Assembly: GCA_016177405.1 (NCBI GenBank)
Contig: JACOVG010000021.1
Coordinates: forward strand, 14,434 to 78,433
Length of the DNA: 64,000 nucleotides
Direction of reading: 5' to 3'
Source: Candidatus Omnitrophota bacterium
GTDB taxonomy: Bacteria > Omnitrophota > Gorgyraeia > 1-14-0-20-64-10
Made by a program: the position numbers and the translations under genes. Below are positions 1 to 8,645 of the stretch, one piece after another. The notes beneath the pieces were generated by a model. The model saw only the letters and a list, made by a program, of their open reading frames with translations. It was not told the origin of the DNA and did not search any database. Numbering within the stretch: the stretch's first letter is position 1; each line of letters starts with the position of its first letter.

Positions 1-780
1 CTTGGTTTCGCCCGGCTTCAAAACAAGCTTCCCCTGCAAAACCCCCACCATGTCCTCCCCGCGGACCTCGTGGCCCCCCAGCTTCTTGGCGGCCAACCCG
101 CCCATCTCCTTGAACGACCCGTAGGGTCCGAAGAAGCTCTCCCGGCGGCACTCGAAGCTCTCGATCGGGAACGAGGCCGAGAAGAAGCCGAAACCGGTCT
201 TGTGCCAATCCTTGAAGGGATGCTTGAAGGCGACGATCGCCTGGGCCGACTTGTCGAAGACCGCCTCGTTGTAGAGGCAGAGGATGTTCCGGTAATGGGT
301 CTCCAGCGCCACATCGCCGCAGACGAGCTCGACAAACGGATAAACCTCGATCTCCCGGCGCTGGCCGGTGGTGTTCTTAAGGGAGGTCAGCCACAGCTCC
401 ACCGGGGCCTCCTTGGCCACGAAGTAAGTGACCGACCCCTTGATCCCGTGGCGGCTGGCGCTGATCTTGGTGTAGCCCAGGCCGTGCCGGCACTCCCAGC
501 CGTCCAGCTTCTCCCTGAAGGGCTGCCAGTTGAGCGACCAGATCCGTTTCTTGGCGGGCTCCTTCAGGAAAAGATAGCGCCCGGGCCGGTCGGAGCTTAA
601 GTGGTCGTAGCGCAGGATCCGGTAATACTTGGGGTCCTTGAAGTAGGAAAAGCCGCCGGCGGTCTGCGAGATCAAACAGTGGTAGACGTCGTTGAACAGG
701 TAATTGAACCACGGCCTGGGCGTGTCGGGCCGGGTGATGATGAACTCTTTGCTGTCTGGGCTAAAATGTCCGAAGCGCAT
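1..780 (-). CDS. Glycoside hydrolase family 94-type glycoside phosphorylase (cellobiose/cellodextrin phosphorylase-like), N-terminal ~260 aa. ATG at 778-780; the gene continues past the window start.
   Basis: Hand translation of the minus strand gives MRFGHFSPDSKEFIITRPDTPRPWFNYLFNDVYHCLISQTAGGFSYFKDPKYYRILRYDHLSSDRPGRYLFLKE...ECRHGLGYTKISASRHG with no stop to position 1. This matches the conserved GH94 N-terminal pattern (HFDD..EYVIT.P.TP.PWINYL...AGG.S...D....RY...GRY.Y...ARHGLGY). The ORF track omits it because it has no stop inside the window. An AAGGAAGG RBS lies just upstream. Confidence 0.7.
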   Translation of the reverse strand, partial: MRFGHFSPDSKEFIITRPDTPRPWFNYLFNDVYHCLISQTAGGFSYFKDPKYYRILRYDHLSSDRPGRYLFLKEPAKKRIWSLNWQPFREKLDGWECRHGLGYTKISASRHGIKGSVTYFVAKEAPVELWLTSLKNTTGQRREIEVYPFVELVCGDVALETHYRNILCLYNEAVFDKSAQAIVAFKHPFKDWHKTGFGFFSASFPIESFECRRESFFGPYGSFKEMGGLAAKKLGGHEVRGEDMVGVLQGKLVLKPGETK

Positions 781-819
781 AGGCCTTCCTTATATCAGCC
801 CCCTGGACTTACGGGATGG

Positions 820-2022
820 TTAAACCGAGGCGAAGACGTCGCGGATCACGAGGCTCGCCGCGCCCAGGGCCACGCAGTCCTCGCCCAGGCGGGCGGGAAC
901 GATCTTCACCGCGTTGGCCATCTCCTCGAAGGCGTAAAGCCTGACCATCTTCTTGATCGCCTCAATCAGCGCCGGGCCGGCGGCCTCGATGCCGCCGCCG
1001 ATCACCACCGCCCCCGGGTTCATGAGGTTGACGAGAAAGGAGATCCGCACCCCCAGCCGCTCGCCGGCCTTCTGAACCATCTCGATGGCGAGCTTGTCGC
1101 CGTCCCGGACGGCTTCGAAGACGGTCTCCAGGGTGATCTTGTCCAGTTTTCCGGAAACCAGCTCCGAGATCCTGGACAGGCCCCCCTTCTGGATCGCCTC
1201 CCGGGCGTCGTCCGGAATTCCCAGGTGGGCCGCCCAGGGCTTCAAGGCGGTGAGGTTGCCGATCCAGACGTCCGAGACGTTCATCGAGTTCTTGATGGAG
1301 ACCTCGCCGGCCGTCCCGCTGATGCCGTGGTAGATCTCGCCGTTGATGATCATGCCGCAGCCGACCCCGGAATACATGAAGAGCATGATGTCCACATCGG
1401 TCCCGGCCCCCAGCGACCATTCGCCGTAGGCGGCGGTGGTGACGTCGTGCTCGAGCTTCACCGGCACCTTGAACTTCTCGGTGAGTAACCCCGCGATCGG
1501 CACGTAGATGGAGGCCACCCCCTCGGTGCAGCGGATCGTGCCGACCTCCCTGTCGATCACGCCGGAGGCGCCGATCTGGATGCCGCGGATCTTCTTGGCC
1601 TCCACCTGGGCGTTCTTGATCACCTCGCTGATGGCGTCGGTCAGGCTCTTCACCACGGAGTCGGCCGAGTCCCGCGGGCGGGGCGCCTTGGAGCGGGCCA
1701 CGACGTTCCCCTCCAGGTCCGCCAGGACCGCCTCGATCGAGAAAACGCCCAGATCCACCCCAACGACATAGGAAGATTTCGGATTCAGAACCACAATGGT
1801 CGGCCGGCGGCCGCCCGAGGAGATGTCCAGGCCCTTCTCGATCACGATCCCCTGCTCGATGAAGTTGTTGACGTAGTTGGAGACGGTCACGATGTTGAGC
1901 TTGGTGAGCTTGGAGATGTCGGTTCGGGAGATGGGCCCGTAACGCTTGATCGCTTCGAGGATGGAGACGTTCTTCCGTTCGCGGTCGGTCAGCGAATGCT
2001 CGTCCAGTTCCGCAGTCTTCAT
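820..2022 (-). CDS. ROK-family transcriptional regulator (NagC/Mlc/XylR-like) with an N-terminal HTH and a ROK sugar-kinase-like domain
   Basis: The 400-aa ORF has an N-terminal wHTH (ILEAIKRYGPISRTDISKLTKLNIVTVSNYVNNFIEQGIV). It is followed by glycine-rich ROK motifs (VGVDLG, IGASGVIDREVGTI, GVGCGMIINGEIYHGISGTAGEVS). The gene sits inside a sugar-utilisation locus. Confidence 0.85.
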   Translation of the reverse strand: MKTAELDEHSLTDRERKNVSILEAIKRYGPISRTDISKLTKLNIVTVSNYVNNFIEQGIVIEKGLDISSGGRRPTIVVLNPKSSYVVGVDLGVFSIEAVLADLEGNVVARSKAPRPRDSADSVVKSLTDAISEVIKNAQVEAKKIRGIQIGASGVIDREVGTIRCTEGVASIYVPIAGLLTEKFKVPVKLEHDVTTAAYGEWSLGAGTDVDIMLFMYSGVGCGMIINGEIYHGISGTAGEVSIKNSMNVSDVWIGNLTALKPWAAHLGIPDDAREAIQKGGLSRISELVSGKLDKITLETVFEAVRDGDKLAIEMVQKAGERLGVRISFLVNLMNPGAVVIGGGIEAAGPALIEAIKKMVRLYAFEEMANAVKIVPARLGEDCVALGAASLVIRDVFASV

Positions 2023-2075
2023 GATGGGGAGCCCCTTGGGTTAAGTCTGGCGGATGAGTTGCAACCCCGCGTGTT

Positions 2076-2094
2076 AAAACAACTAAACTGTTTT
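2076..2094. promoter_or_regulatory. AT-rich palindrome AAAACA-N7-TGTTTT just downstream of the putative promoter of the ROK regulator; candidate operator
   Basis: aaaacaactaaactgtttt is a perfect 6-bp inverted repeat in the only AT-rich stretch of the 166-bp intergenic region upstream of the regulator start (2022). Confidence 0.35.
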
Positions 2095-2124
2095 ATAAAT
2101 ACCTTCAAGAAGGCCCCTTGTCAA
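2095..2124 (-). promoter_or_regulatory. Sigma70-like promoter candidate for the ROK regulator (TTGACA-17-TATTTA read on the minus strand)
   Basis: The reverse complement of 2119-2124 is a perfect TTGACA. A 17-nt spacer leads to a weak TATTTA -10 element. This is about 70 nt upstream of the GTG/ATG at 2022. Confidence 0.3.
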
Positions 2125-2139
2125 TCATAAAAACAGAAC

Positions 2140-2202
2140 CCCCTGTCATCTCGAACGAGGCCTCTGTCATCTCGAACGAGACCCCTGTCATCTCGAACGA
2201 AG
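2140..2202. repeat. Three tandem direct 21-bp repeats cc(c/t)ctgtcatctcgaacga(g/a)(g/a), with degenerate partial copies on both sides
   Basis: cccctgtcatctcgaacgagg / cctctgtcatctcgaacgaga / cccctgtcatctcgaacgaag are read directly from the sequence. The third copy contains the stop codon of the upstream TIM-barrel gene. The array lies about 120-180 nt upstream of the ROK regulator start. Confidence 0.8.
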
Positions 2203-3194
2203 TGAGAGATCCCTGTAAGCGGCACTCAAAGTCTTCCAAACCGCTTCAGGATCTTCCGCCTTCAATTTGATGTAGGCCGCGCCGAAATAGCTCCAGGCGG
2301 CGAAGTTCCGGATCCCCTGGGCGTAACCCTCCTCTATCGCTTCCTTAATCTTGCCCTCTTCCCCTTTGGGAATATTGAAGTTCAGAATCCAAAGCTGGGC
2401 CTCCTTGCCGAATTGCCGGCACAGATCCTGGACGCGCCGGGCGAAGGGCCGGACACGCCCGGCCGCGTCCGGGGTGTGGGGCCTCCAGTAGGGGTCGGTC
2501 CCGAAGATCGAAAGCGAGGCTATCGAAGCGACCTTCGCCCAGTCGTTGACCGTCGAGGAGTTCTCGAAGGGAAGCTGGCAGAGCGCCGCCGTGAGCCCGG
2601 CCTTCACCGTGGCGTCGCAGAGGAATCGGGTGAAATCCACGAGGCATTCCTCTTTGAAGGCGCGAACCTCGGGCGTAAGGGTTTCGGGAAGCGCGCCGCC
2701 GTGCCGCTCCTTGAACCGCTGGGCGCAGGCCCCGCAGCGGCAGGCCCACAGGAGCGGATCGCCGGGCCCCTCCTTCTCTTCGGGATAGATCATGAAGTGG
2801 GGCTCGTCCCAGAAAAGGACGTCGGCCTTGATCCGCTGGGCGGCCTCGATCCACCGCAGGAGGTACTCCCGGACGGCCGGCTGGTTGGGGCAAGCGATGG
2901 GAAGGGATTCGCCCCGGGAGCTCACCTGCCGAAGCGAAAGCTCCCTGGCGATCAGGCTGGAGTAGGTTTCCCCGCCGAAAAGCTGGCCCACCCCCCAGGG
3001 GTCCAGCCAGACCTGAAGCCCCAGGGCGCGCGAGTCCTCCACGATCCGAGCCAGCGCCCCCTCGTAGAACTCCAGGTCCTCCTCGCTCATCGTGTGGACC
3101 ACGTAGGTGCAGCCGGCCTTCCGGATCTCTTCCAGATCCTCCTGGACCCGCCAGGGAATCCGGTTCCCGTAGTAGCTGACGCCGAGCGCGGTCA
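2188..3194 (-). CDS. TIM-barrel protein, putative glycoside hydrolase-like (clan GH-A-like?). The likely start is a TTG overlapping the stop of the symporter gene.
   Basis: Only the C-terminal ~335 aa of the 851-aa track ORF reads like protein (LTALGVSYYGNRIPWRVQEDLEEIRKAGCTYVVHTMSEEDLEFYEGALARIVEDSRALGLQVWLDPWG...FWDEPH...). The upstream part is an out-of-frame shadow of the SSS gene. In ctggaTTGAcc the TTG and the TGA overlap, suggesting translational coupling. Confidence 0.5.
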
Positions 3195-4991
3195 ATCCAG
3201 AGGGACGGGATCTTCCTGCTCGGACCAGTCGAGGTAGCCCACCGCCTTCAGCAGGATCGCGGCGGAGACCACCATCACGACGCCCGCGATGATCGCCTCT
3301 TTGAAGAGGCCGATGAAGGCCCACTGCAGACCCATCATGGCCGCGTAGACGGTGGCGATGCCGGAGAGCCAGCAGATGACGTTGCTTACCCGAAACTGCT
3401 GGGCGGTCAGCCCCGGCCAGCGGACATGGGCTTCCTTGGCGATGGGACCCCACCACCCCGGCGGCCGGGCCCGCCGGTAGAAGTTCAGCAGGACCTCCTT
3501 GTCCACCGGCTTGGTGAGGAAGGTCACCACGAGCCAGATGACGGTGCACAGGATGATCGTCAGGACCACCTGAATCGAGTACCATTCGCCGGTCTGGATC
3601 TTGGGCACGAGGAGAAGGGCGTTGGAGATCACGAAGCTCGCCACCAGCGACCAAAGCTCGGACTTGGCGGAGACGCGCCACCAGTACCACCGCAGCAAGG
3701 GCACCAGCACCCCGCCGGCCATCATCGCCGAGAGGAACAGCCACGCCCGGTAGACCGAGTTGAGCCGCCAGGCGCCGTAGGCCCCCATCAAGACCACAAC
3801 CACCGACATGATCTTGGAGACCACCACGTAGTGGCTCTCGGAGCCGCGGCGCACCACAAACCGCTTGTAGAGGTCGTTGACCAGGTACGAGGCGCCCCAG
3901 TTGATGTGGGTGGCCACGGTGGACATGAAGGCCGCCAGCATCGCCGCCACCATCAGCCCCCGGAATCCCACGGGCAGGAACATCACCATCATCTTGGGGT
4001 AGGCCATCTCCGGGTCGGCCAGGTTGGGCAGGTAAATGAGGCTGGCCAGGCCGACGAGCACCCAGGGGACGGCCCGGATGGCGTAATTCCAGATGTTGTA
4101 CCAGAGCAGAGCCCCGACGGCGTGCCGGCCGTTCTTGCAGGAGAAGAGGCGCTGGGCCAGGAAACCGCTGCCGTCGGCCCCGCCCCACCAGTTGATGAAG
4201 ATGAAGACCAAAAAGGTGAAGACCGCCAGGTCCGAGCCGGCAAAATTCGGAACAAACTTGATGATCTGGTCGGGGTCGGCCACCGGGGAGCCCAGCGTCG
4301 GGTCGGCGTGCAGAACCCGGGCCGCCTCCACCGCCTTCTGGGCCAGGGCGGCGGGGCCCCCGACATCCGCCACCACGATCCAGGCCAGCATGACCACGCC
4401 GATCATCGCCACGATGAACTGCATCAGATCGGTGTAAGCCACCCCCCACATCCCGGAGAGGGTCGTGTAGAACAGAGTCAGCGTGACCAGGATGACGATG
4501 GCGGTGAGCTTGGGCCATCCGAAGACCTCGGTGCAGATCTTCTGCATCCCGAGGAACACCCACGCCAGGGTGATGGTGTTGGCGATGACCGAGCGGAAGC
4601 AGGCGTGGAACATGCGAAGGCCCGCCGCGGTTTTCCCGCCGTAGCGCAGCTCCACGAGCTCCACGTCGGTCAGGATCTTGGAGCGCTGCCAGAGCTGGGC
4701 GAAGAAGAAGGCGGCCATCGTGGTGCCGATCAAGCCGCTCCACCAGTACCAGTTCCCCTGGAAACCCTGGGTGCGGACGATGCGGGCGATGGCCAGCGGG
4801 GTGTCGGCCGCGAAGGAGGTGGCCACCATCGAGGTGCCGGCCAGGAACCAGCCGAGTTTCCTGCCGGCTACGAAATATTCGCTAAGATTTTGAGAGGCGC
4901 GCTTGGTGAAGAGGAGGCCGATCCACAGGGAGGCGACGCCGTAGACGGCGATGACCGCCCAGTCCAGCGGGGCGAGGGCTATGCCGTCCAA
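3192..4991 (-). CDS. Sodium:solute symporter family (SSS) transporter
   Basis: The 599-aa ORF has about 13-14 predicted TM helices and SSS-like motifs (YFVAGRKLGWFLAGTSMVATSFAADTPL, GGPAAL). It sits between the ABC permease and the hydrolase-like gene. Confidence 0.8.
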   Translation of the reverse strand: MDGIALAPLDWAVIAVYGVASLWIGLLFTKRASQNLSEYFVAGRKLGWFLAGTSMVATSFAADTPLAIARIVRTQGFQGNWYWWSGLIGTTMAAFFFAQLWQRSKILTDVELVELRYGGKTAAGLRMFHACFRSVIANTITLAWVFLGMQKICTEVFGWPKLTAIVILVTLTLFYTTLSGMWGVAYTDLMQFIVAMIGVVMLAWIVVADVGGPAALAQKAVEAARVLHADPTLGSPVADPDQIIKFVPNFAGSDLAVFTFLVFIFINWWGGADGSGFLAQRLFSCKNGRHAVGALLWYNIWNYAIRAVPWVLVGLASLIYLPNLADPEMAYPKMMVMFLPVGFRGLMVAAMLAAFMSTVATHINWGASYLVNDLYKRFVVRRGSESHYVVVSKIMSVVVVLMGAYGAWRLNSVYRAWLFLSAMMAGGVLVPLLRWYWWRVSAKSELWSLVASFVISNALLLVPKIQTGEWYSIQVVLTIILCTVIWLVVTFLTKPVDKEVLLNFYRRARPPGWWGPIAKEAHVRWPGLTAQQFRVSNVICWLSGIATVYAAMMGLQWAFIGLFKEAIIAGVVMVVSAAILLKAVGYLDWSEQEDPVPLD

Positions 4992-5027
4992 CGGCGGGAA
5001 ACCCCGGCGGGGAGCATGGGGGGTATC

Positions 5028-6320
5028 TTAACCGACCGTTGAGCCGCGTGTCAATCCCTCGATGATGTACCGCTGAAAGCAGAGAAAGACGATGATCACC
5101 GGCAGAGCGGTGATGGCCGACCCGGCCATCAGGTGGACCCAATCGACCCCGGTGATCGACTTGTAGAGGGCCAGGCCCACCGGCAGGGTGCGCATCTCGA
5201 CCGTGTTGGTCAGCAGGAAGGGATAGAGGAAGGTGTTCCAGGCCCCCATGAAGGTGTTGATCCCGACCACCGCCAGCGCCGGAGAGGACAGGGGCAGCAC
5301 CACCCGGGTGAAGATGGCGAACTCCGAGGCGCCGTCGATCCGGGCCGCCTCCTCCACCGCCGGCGGCAGCTTGGAGATGTACTGCCGCATGAGGAAGATG
5401 TTGAAGGGGGTGACGAGGTTCGGAACGATCAGCGCCCAGTAGGAGTTGAGCCACCCGATGTGCTTCATCAGGATGAAGACCGGCACCATCAAAACCTGCG
5501 GCGGGATGGCGATGGAGCCCACGACCATGAAGAACATCGCTCGCTTGAAGGGAAAATCGCGGCGGGCGAAGGCGTAGCCCACCATGGCCGAGAAGAGAAG
5601 GTTGCCCAGGGTCACCAGCAGGGCGATCGCCGTCGAGTTGGCCGCGTAGCGGCCGAAGGGGCCGCTCACCAGAACGTCCCAGTAGTTGTTCCAGGTCCAG
5701 CGGCGGAACTCCAAGCGGACGTCGTCCAGGTGAAGGGTGCCGGCCCCCTCGGGAAAGGAGAGCGCGAGCGCTTCGGCCTGCCGCTCACGCAGCCCCGGGG
5801 AGAGGGCCTGCAGGAAAAGGGACTCCATCGGGACCCTGACCGTTTCCCATCGGGTGGTCAACCCGCCCCGAAGGAACTGCTGGAGGTCGACGCTTGCCCG
5901 GCGGCCCTTCAGGTCCGCCATCTCCACCATGAAGGTCTCGCCCCCTTTGTCGCCGCGAACCCGAAACGACAAGTGGGAGAATTTCCGCAGGTCCTGGGCG
6001 ATCCGGGTGGACCACCGGGCCGGCCCCTCCCCCTTGAGATACCGGATTGTCAGGAAGCGGTTCTGCTGGGGGGCGGGTTCCGGGGGCGTGAAGAGCATCT
6101 CCACCTTGGAGTCCGCGCCGGTTTCCACGCCGATGGGTCCGCCGATCGAATTCAAGGCGCCAACCTCGAAGTCGGCCACCAGGACCTCGCGGGAGCGCTT
6201 AAACAGGGTGCCGGTGGGCTTGAAGGAGGCGTGGAACATGAGGGCCAGCGGCGCCAGCGTCGCCGCGAGCATGACGGTCAGCACCGCCACCGCGAAGGCC
6301 GTCACCAGCCGCTCGCGCAT
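5028..6320 (-). CDS. ABC sugar transporter permease (MalG/UgpE type) with a ~170-aa CBM-like domain inserted in the first periplasmic loop
   Basis: The C-terminal part carries the EAA-loop permease signature (AARIDGASEFAIFTRVVLPLSSPALA) and six TM helices. Between TM1 and TM2 lies a module (VADFEVGALN...LSFRVRGDKGGETFMVEMADLKG...TRWETVRVPMESLF...GTLHLDDVRLE) that is paralogous to the domain in five secreted proteins at 29.5-34.4 kb. The likely start is the ATG at 6318-6320, overlapping the TGA of the upstream gene (TGATG). Confidence 0.8.
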   Translation of the reverse strand: MRERLVTAFAVAVLTVMLAATLAPLALMFHASFKPTGTLFKRSREVLVADFEVGALNSIGGPIGVETGADSKVEMLFTPPEPAPQQNRFLTIRYLKGEGPARWSTRIAQDLRKFSHLSFRVRGDKGGETFMVEMADLKGRRASVDLQQFLRGGLTTRWETVRVPMESLFLQALSPGLRERQAEALALSFPEGAGTLHLDDVRLEFRRWTWNNYWDVLVSGPFGRYAANSTAIALLVTLGNLLFSAMVGYAFARRDFPFKRAMFFMVVGSIAIPPQVLMVPVFILMKHIGWLNSYWALIVPNLVTPFNIFLMRQYISKLPPAVEEAARIDGASEFAIFTRVVLPLSSPALAVVGINTFMGAWNTFLYPFLLTNTVEMRTLPVGLALYKSITGVDWVHLMAGSAITALPVIIVFLCFQRYIIEGLTRGSTVG

Positions 6321-8605
6321 CAGACCCGATCCTCCATCTTGAAGAGACGCATCTGGACCCACGAGAAGCTCATCGTGATGAAGAAAAGGAGGTACCCGAC
6401 CGCCGCGGCCCGCCCCATCTCAAACCGGTGGAACCCGGTCTCGTAGAGGTACCAGACCACCGTGGTGGTGGAGCCCAGGGGCCCGCCCTGCGTCATCGCG
6501 AAGATCTCCGGGAAGACCTGAAAGGCGTGGATGGTGTTGACCACCGTCGCCACCAGAAGAATCGGCTTCAGCTGCGGCAGGGTGATGTGCCTGAACTTCT
6601 GCCACTCGTTGGCCCCGTCGATGGCCGCCGCCTCGTAGAGCTCCGAGGGGATCGTTTGCAGGCCCGCCAAGAACAGCACCATGTAATAGCCGAAGCTCGC
6701 CCAGACGTTCATCATCATGATGGAAAGCAGGGCCAGCCGGGTGTTGAGGAGCCAGTTCGGCGTGGGCGGCGGCAGACTCAGCGCCCGCAGCCCCAGGTTC
6801 ACCAGGCCGCCGGGGGAATAGAGGTAGGTGAAGATGGTGGCGATCACGATGACCGAGGTGGCCACCGGCAGGAAGAGGCCCGCCTGGTAGAGGCCCTTCA
6901 GGGGAACCTTGGTGTTGATCAGAACCGCCGCGAAAAGGGCCAGCGCCATGGTGGGCGGGATGGTCCCCGCCGCGAAGAAAAACGTGTTCGCCAGGGCCCG
7001 GAGGAACTCGGGGCTGCGCCCGATCTCCAGGAAGTTCCTCAAGCCCACAAAGGTGAATTCGGAGCTCAACAGGTTGTAGCGGGCAAAGCTCAAGACGAGC
7101 GAATGCACGAGCGGCGTCAGGCTGAAGACCAGAAAGATGGCCAGCCAGGGCGACAGAAAAATCAGGCTCACCGCCAAATCCCGGGGCGAGCGGGAAACCC
7201 TCGCCGCGATCCCCCGCCCCCGCCGCCTGGCCAACAGCCAGAGGAACATTCCGGCCAGGCCCGCGGCCGCCAGCAGGCCGAACACCACCGCGTCGCTCAC
7301 CCCCGTCTTCACCTCGGGGCTGGCCAGGATTTCGTTGATGGCGGCGGCGGCCTCGGCCAGGGCCGCGCTGGGGCGGCGGTCCTTCAAGACGACCTCCTCC
7401 ACCGCGCGGGTGATCCACTCCTGCATCTCCACCCACCGGGGATGGGCCGGGGGGGCCACCGCGAACCGGACCTGGTCAAAAAAGAGCTTCTGCTCCGGGT
7501 GGGTCTTGTAATAAGGATGGTTGAGGGCCGACTTGGCGGTGGGGACGATGTTGCGCTGGGCCTCCACAATGGCCATCGCCTGCTCCTCTTCCATCAAGAA
7601 GAGGGCCAACTTGAGGGCCGCCTCCGGGTGCTTGGCGCTTTTTAAGACGGACAGGATCTCCCCGCCGGCAAAGGAGGCCGGCGTTCCCCGGAGGGCCGCC
7701 GGCCGGGGGCACAGGCCCACGCCGAAATTGAGCGTGGGATTCATCTGGGGAATCAGGGAGAAGTTCCAGGAACCGGAAATTTGGATGCCCACCCGGCCCT
7801 GGGCGAAGAGCTGGTTCACCTGGGTCTGACGCTCCACCAGCGCGTAGGGCTTGAGCATCCGGTAGAACTCCAGGGCCTCCACCACCGGCGGCTGGTCCAG
7901 CAGACAGCGCTTCCACCGCGAATCCAACACCTCGCCGCCGTTGCCCCAGGCGAAGGAAAGGAACTCCTGCCAGGGGGCGTACGGCTCCGCCACGTGGATG
8001 CCGATCCCGTAAACGTCCGGCCCCAGGGCGTCAACGGCGCTGGCGGCCTGGAGAAGCTCTTCCCAGGTGGCCGGGGGACGGTCCGGGTCAAGCCCCGCCC
8101 GGCCGAAGAGATCCCGGTTGTAAAAAAGGATGCGGGTCCCGGCCAGCCACGGCAAGCCGTAGATCCGCTCCTTGAAGGCGGCCGGCTCCCAGAGGAAATA
8201 CCGGTCCCGGATGTCCCGTGAGGCCTCGGTCAGATCGGTCAGGACGCCGGAGGAGGCGAACTGCGGCACCCAGTCGGTCCCCAGCTCGCACAGGTCCGGG
8301 GCGTTGCCGGCGGCGATCGAGGTGATGATCTTGTCCAGGCCGTAGTCCCAGGCCAGCTGTTGAAACCGCACCCGGATGCCAGGATTCTGGCGCTCGAACT
8401 TGGCCAGGAGGCCGCGCATCAGCTCCTCGCCCACCGAAAGCTCCCAGAAATCAATGGTGACTTCGGAGGCGAAGGCGGGTGCGGGCTTAAGGGCGAGGGG
8501 TGAAAGGAGAAGGAGCGTCATGGCGAGCCCGCCAAAGAATTTCGGCGGGCGAAGCAATCTCTCGATCACGGGGCTAAGTCTACCGCCGGAGGAATAGATT
8601 GACAA
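6320..8605 (-). CDS. Fused extracellular solute-binding protein (family 1, MalE-like) plus ABC permease (MalF/UgpA type)
   Basis: The 761-aa ORF is a single continuous frame. The N-terminal ~430 aa look like a periplasmic sugar-binding protein with the shared LAMT leader. The C-terminal ~300 aa form a six-TM permease with an EAA loop (AAAIDGANEWQKFRHITLPQLKPIL). The track start is a TTG at 8605; a GTG at 8567-8569 would give MIERLLRPPKFFGGLAMT, which is more plausible. Confidence 0.75.
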   Translation of the reverse strand: MSIYSSGGRLSPVIERLLRPPKFFGGLAMTLLLLSPLALKPAPAFASEVTIDFWELSVGEELMRGLLAKFERQNPGIRVRFQQLAWDYGLDKIITSIAAGNAPDLCELGTDWVPQFASSGVLTDLTEASRDIRDRYFLWEPAAFKERIYGLPWLAGTRILFYNRDLFGRAGLDPDRPPATWEELLQAASAVDALGPDVYGIGIHVAEPYAPWQEFLSFAWGNGGEVLDSRWKRCLLDQPPVVEALEFYRMLKPYALVERQTQVNQLFAQGRVGIQISGSWNFSLIPQMNPTLNFGVGLCPRPAALRGTPASFAGGEILSVLKSAKHPEAALKLALFLMEEEQAMAIVEAQRNIVPTAKSALNHPYYKTHPEQKLFFDQVRFAVAPPAHPRWVEMQEWITRAVEEVVLKDRRPSAALAEAAAAINEILASPEVKTGVSDAVVFGLLAAAGLAGMFLWLLARRRGRGIAARVSRSPRDLAVSLIFLSPWLAIFLVFSLTPLVHSLVLSFARYNLLSSEFTFVGLRNFLEIGRSPEFLRALANTFFFAAGTIPPTMALALFAAVLINTKVPLKGLYQAGLFLPVATSVIVIATIFTYLYSPGGLVNLGLRALSLPPPTPNWLLNTRLALLSIMMMNVWASFGYYMVLFLAGLQTIPSELYEAAAIDGANEWQKFRHITLPQLKPILLVATVVNTIHAFQVFPEIFAMTQGGPLGSTTTVVWYLYETGFHRFEMGRAAAVGYLLFFITMSFSWVQMRLFKMEDRV
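8517..8564 (-). repeat. Leader cassette copy (variant cgtcatggcgag...cgaagcaatctctc) encoding the signal peptide of the SBP-permease fusion
   Basis: cgtcatggcgag-cccgccaaagaatttcggcggg-cgaagcaatctctc; the core is the inverted repeat cccgcc/ggcggg. Confidence 0.7.
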
Positions 8606-8645
8606 GCCTCTCCTCTTAAACGGATAATTAAATTCCTAACCTAAG

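Noticed and set aside
70-600. 176-aa plus-strand ORF at the window start
   Set aside because: It is antisense to the GH94 phosphorylase frame, which reads cleanly on the minus strand. It shows Arg/Gly/Leu-rich shadow composition.
3195-4743. N-terminal ~515 aa of the 851-aa track ORF 2188..4743
   Set aside because: This part overlaps the SSS symporter in another frame and reads as Arg/Gly/Pro-rich nonsense. Only the portion from the TTG at ~3192 downward looks like real protein.
3426-5042. 538-aa plus-strand ORF
   Set aside because: It is antisense to the SSS symporter gene. It has extreme His/Gly/Asp/Arg low-complexity composition typical of GC-rich antisense frames.
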